Shown here: positions 61,154 through 64,000 of the stretch, piece after piece
Layout of the letters: each line of letters starts with the position of its first letter
How positions within the stretch are numbered: position 1 is the first letter of the stretch
Assembly: GCA_039714555.1 (NCBI GenBank)
Contig: JBDLJB010000009.1
Location: 17,379-81,378, forward strand
DNA: 64,000 nucleotides
From: Bacteroidota bacterium
GTDB lineage: Bacteria; Bacteroidota; Bacteroidia; Flavobacteriales; Flavobacteriaceae
Direction of reading: 5' to 3'
Notes under the pieces: model-generated
Seen by the model: only the letters and a program-made list of their open reading frames with translations
Databases searched by the model: none
What the model was told of the DNA's origin: nothing
Translations under genes and position numbers: made by a program

Positions 61154-61735
61154 ATGGAAATTGATACAATTTTAAGTATTTTTTTAGGAATTGCATTGGC
61201 AGCGTCAGTTGGATTTAGAATTTTTGTTCCATTTTTTGTTTTGAGTTTAGCTTCACATTTTCAAATAATACCTTTAAATGAAAATTGGCAATGGGTTAGT
61301 AGTGAAATTGCTATGATTACTCTGGGGATAGCAACAGTTGCTGAAATCTTAGCCTATTTAATTCCATGGGTTGACAACATTTTAGATACAATTGCAATTC
61401 CTTTGGCAGCAATTGCAGGAACCGCTATTATGCTTTCAACAGTAGCAAATTTCGATCCATTCTTTACATGGATCCTGGCAATAATTGCAGGTGGAGGAAC
61501 AGCAACCGCCATAAAAAGCTCAACATCAACTACACGACTGGCATCAACAGCTACCACTGCTGGTTTAGCCAACCCGGTTGTTTCTACTATTGAATCCGGA
61601 ACCTCAGTTTTGCTTTCACTAATGGCTATTTTTATACCCGTAATAGCCGTAGTGTTTGTAGTTTTTATATTTTGGATGATCTATAAATTGTATAAAAAGA
61701 TCATTCCCAAAAGAAAAATTAAAAATCAAAATTAG
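61154..61735 (+). CDS. DUF4126 family membrane protein
   Basis: GFRIFVPFFVLS and IPWVDNILDTIAIPLAAIAGT motifs characteristic of DUF4126. Confidence 0.7.
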   Translation: MEIDTILSIFLGIALAASVGFRIFVPFFVLSLASHFQIIPLNENWQWVSSEIAMITLGIATVAEILAYLIPWVDNILDTIAIPLAAIAGTAIMLSTVANFDPFFTWILAIIAGGGTATAIKSSTSTTRLASTATTAGLANPVVSTIESGTSVLLSLMAIFIPVIAVVFVVFIFWMIYKLYKKIIPKRKIKNQN

Positions 61736-61810
61736 ATTATTTTTTATTGAATTAATATTTTAGATATTTGCAACTTTATATTTTTTGTGAATAATTAACC
61801 CAGTTTATTG

Positions 61811-63175
61811 ATGAAACCAACGATACCAAAAGGAACAAGAGATTTTTCACCAACCGAAGTTGCCAAACGTAATTATATTTTTAATATAATTAAAACAGTT
61901 TTTGAAACTTATGGATTTCAGCCTATTGAAACACCCTCTTTTGAAAACTCTAGCACGTTGATGGGAAAATATGGAGATGAAGGTGATCGATTGATCTTTA
62001 AAATATTAAACTCAGGTGATTATTTAAAAAAGGTTGATGATAAGCTTTTAAATGAAAAAAACTCATTAAAAATAACTTCAAGAATTTCAGAAAAAGCACT
62101 TCGTTACGACCTTACGGTTCCTTTTGCAAGGTATGTTGTACAACATCAAAACGATATTGTTTTTCCGTTTAAACGTTATCAAATGCAGCCTGTTTGGCGA
62201 GCCGATCGACCGCAAAAAGGGAGGTTTAGAGAATTTTACCAATGCGATGCTGACGTAGTTGGCAGTAAAAGTTTATGGCAGGAAGTTGAGTTTGTTCAAC
62301 TGTATGATGCAGTTTTTACCAAACTCGGTTTAACCGATACCATTATTAAATTGAACAATCGAAAAATTTTATCGGGTATTGCCGAAATTATAGGTGAAAA
62401 AGATAAATTAATTGATTTTACTGTTGCACTTGATAAATTAGATAAGATTGGTAGTGAAGGAGTTGCAAAAGAAATGTTAGGAAAAGGAATTTCTCAGCAA
62501 GCCATTGAAAAGGTTCAACCACTTTTTGATTTTAAAGGTGATAATTATGAAAAATTAGATAAGTTAAAAGGATTATTATCTGAATCACAAGAAGGAACTC
62601 AAGGTGTAGAAGATCTAAGATTTGTTGTTGAAGAAATCGATGAACTTGGACTTTCATCTGCCAATTTAGAAATTGATATAACCTTGGCAAGAGGTTTAAA
62701 TTACTATACCGGAGCAATTTATGAAGTGCAAACCGATAAAGTAACTATGGGATCAATTGGCGGTGGTGGAAGATATGATGATCTAACAGGAATCTTTGGT
62801 TTAAAGAATATAAGTGGTATTGGGATATCTTTTGGATTGGATCGTATTTATTTAGTATTAGAAGAATTAAATCTGTTTAAAAAAGTGACTTTGCCTAAGC
62901 CATCGGTTGTATTTATCAACTTTGGCGAAAAAGAAGCCATATATTGTTTGAAAACAATTAAAAAACTACGTGAAAAAGGTATAAAATCAGAAATATACCC
63001 TGATAATGTAAAATTGAAAAAACAAATGATTTATGCGAATAAACGTGAAATCCCTTTTGTAGTTTTGGTAGGAGAACAAGAAATTCAAGAAAATAAATTT
63101 ACACTAAAAAATATGCTTACCGGTGATCAGACCTTATGTAATTTTGATGACTTAATACGTCTAATTAAATTATAA
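61811..63175 (+). CDS. hisS: histidine--tRNA ligase
   Basis: PKGTRDF start, class II motif 2 ([30 protein letters not shown]) and motif 3 (GGGRYDDL…GISFGLDR). The track start is TTG; the ATG is at 61811. Confidence 0.95.
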   Translation: MKPTIPKGTRDFSPTEVAKRNYIFNIIKTVFETYGFQPIETPSFENSSTLMGKYGDEGDRLIFKILNSGDYLKKVDDKLLNEKNSLKITSRISEKALRYDLTVPFARYVVQHQNDIVFPFKRYQMQPVWRADRPQKGRFREFYQCDADVVGSKSLWQEVEFVQLYDAVFTKLGLTDTIIKLNNRKILSGIAEIIGEKDKLIDFTVALDKLDKIGSEGVAKEMLGKGISQQAIEKVQPLFDFKGDNYEKLDKLKGLLSESQEGTQGVEDLRFVVEEIDELGLSSANLEIDITLARGLNYYTGAIYEVQTDKVTMGSIGGGGRYDDLTGIFGLKNISGIGISFGLDRIYLVLEELNLFKKVTLPKPSVVFINFGEKEAIYCLKTIKKLREKGIKSEIYPDNVKLKKQMIYANKREIPFVVLVGEQEIQENKFTLKNMLTGDQTLCNFDDLIRLIKL

Positions 63176-63201
63176 ATAGTTATTAATTAACAACAATGTT
63201 G

Positions 63202-63209
63202 TATTTTTG
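63202..63209 (+). promoter_or_regulatory. -7 promoter box TATTTTTG
   Basis: Exact TAnnTTTG, ending 20 nt upstream of the ATG at 63230. Confidence 0.4.
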
Positions 63210-63229
63210 CAGCTTAAAATAATAGGAAT

Positions 63230-63919
63230 ATGTTTGAAGGTAAAAATGCTAAATTTAGAGAAATGGTAGAAGAAATTGGAGATAATCATGTCTCAACGTC
63301 TGCTAAAACACCTTTGCGTGATGATGCTTTTGATATATCAGATGAAGATAAAATCAAATCAATTGAAAAAAATGTTGCCGAAATATTATATACTTTAGGT
63401 ATGGATATGACGGATGATAGTTTAAAAGGTACTCCGCTTCGTGTTGCCAAAATGTATGTAAAGGAAATATTTGACGGTTTACATCCTCAAACTAAACCAA
63501 AACTTTCAACTTTTGATAATAATTATAAATATGGTGAAATGTTGGTTGAAAAGAACATTACTGTTTATTCAACTTGCGAACATCATTTATTACCTATAGT
63601 TGGTAGAGCACATGTTGCTTATATATCAAATGGTAATGTTATTGGCCTTTCAAAAATGAACCGTATTGTTGATTATTTTGCTAAAAGACCTCAAGTACAA
63701 GAAAGATTAACCATGCAAATTGTACAGGCATTGCAAGAAGCTTTAGGAACTGATGATGTTGCTTGTGTTATTGATGCAAAACATTTATGTGTAAACTCTC
63801 GTGGTATTCGTGATATTTCAAGTAGTACTGTTACTGCAGAATATGGAGGGAAATTTAAAAATGAGAACCTTAAAAGAGAATTTTTAGATTATATTCAATT
63901 AGATACTAATTTTGAATAA
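63230..63919 (+). CDS. folE: GTP cyclohydrolase I (FolE type I)
   Basis: GTPLRVAKMY, STCEHHLLPIVGRAHVAY and RPQVQERLT motifs. Confidence 0.95.
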   Translation: MFEGKNAKFREMVEEIGDNHVSTSAKTPLRDDAFDISDEDKIKSIEKNVAEILYTLGMDMTDDSLKGTPLRVAKMYVKEIFDGLHPQTKPKLSTFDNNYKYGEMLVEKNITVYSTCEHHLLPIVGRAHVAYISNGNVIGLSKMNRIVDYFAKRPQVQERLTMQIVQALQEALGTDDVACVIDAKHLCVNSRGIRDISSSTVTAEYGGKFKNENLKREFLDYIQLDTNFE

Positions 63920-63944
63920 AAATTCACTAATAATAAAACAATAA

Positions 63945-63972
63945 AGCCTGTCTGAAAAGACGGGCTTTTTTT
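63945..63972 (+). terminator. rho-independent terminator after folE
   Basis: AGCCTGTC-tgaaaa-GACGGGCT-TTTTTT, with one G-U pair in the stem. Confidence 0.7.
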
Positions 63973-64000
63973 CTATAATTGCTGATATAAATTATTTTGA

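Overview
AT-rich chromosomal segment that looks like Bacteroidota, probably a Flavobacteriia-type genome. The supporting signs are SusC/SusD pairs, T9SS type A and type B C-terminal sorting domains, a PorP/SprF gene, S46 dipeptidyl-peptidases, and TAnnTTTG -7 promoter boxes about 20 nt upstream of start codons. All family calls come from reading the translations and recognising motifs; nothing was searched. Most of the window is densely packed housekeeping: parE-parC, recQ, guaB, hisS, folE, pfkA-gap, lptB-tatC-kdsD, pssA, rdgB, an APS-type cysH, an ABC-F protein and a DEAD-box helicase. I found no tRNA, rRNA, CRISPR array, transposase, integrase or recognisable defence genes. The supplied ORF track opens some ORFs at TTG or GTG, so I trimmed several starts to the first ATG where a signal peptide, a promoter box or a terminator supported it. 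I also added three ORFs shorter than 60 aa and one edge-truncated gene. The most unusual locus is 9.1-12.4 kb. It holds two adjacent same-strand genes for homologues of the two classical neurotransmitter-receptor channel superfamilies: a 7-TM double-Cache sensor fused to a pentameric ligand-gated ion channel (pLGIC), followed 12 nt later by a GluR0-type channel (substrate-binding domain interrupted by a TVGYGD potassium-channel pore). Other points worth a second look: (1) a tandem DPP7-type/DPP11-type S46 peptidase pair; (2) an SPFH operon with DUF4177-like and ribbon-helix-helix mini-genes and phased operator-like repeats; (3) a susC-susD-nagB(LmbE fusion)-pfkA-gap gene string with ATGCA-containing repeats; (4) an odd T9SS gene pair at 53.0-54.4 kb.
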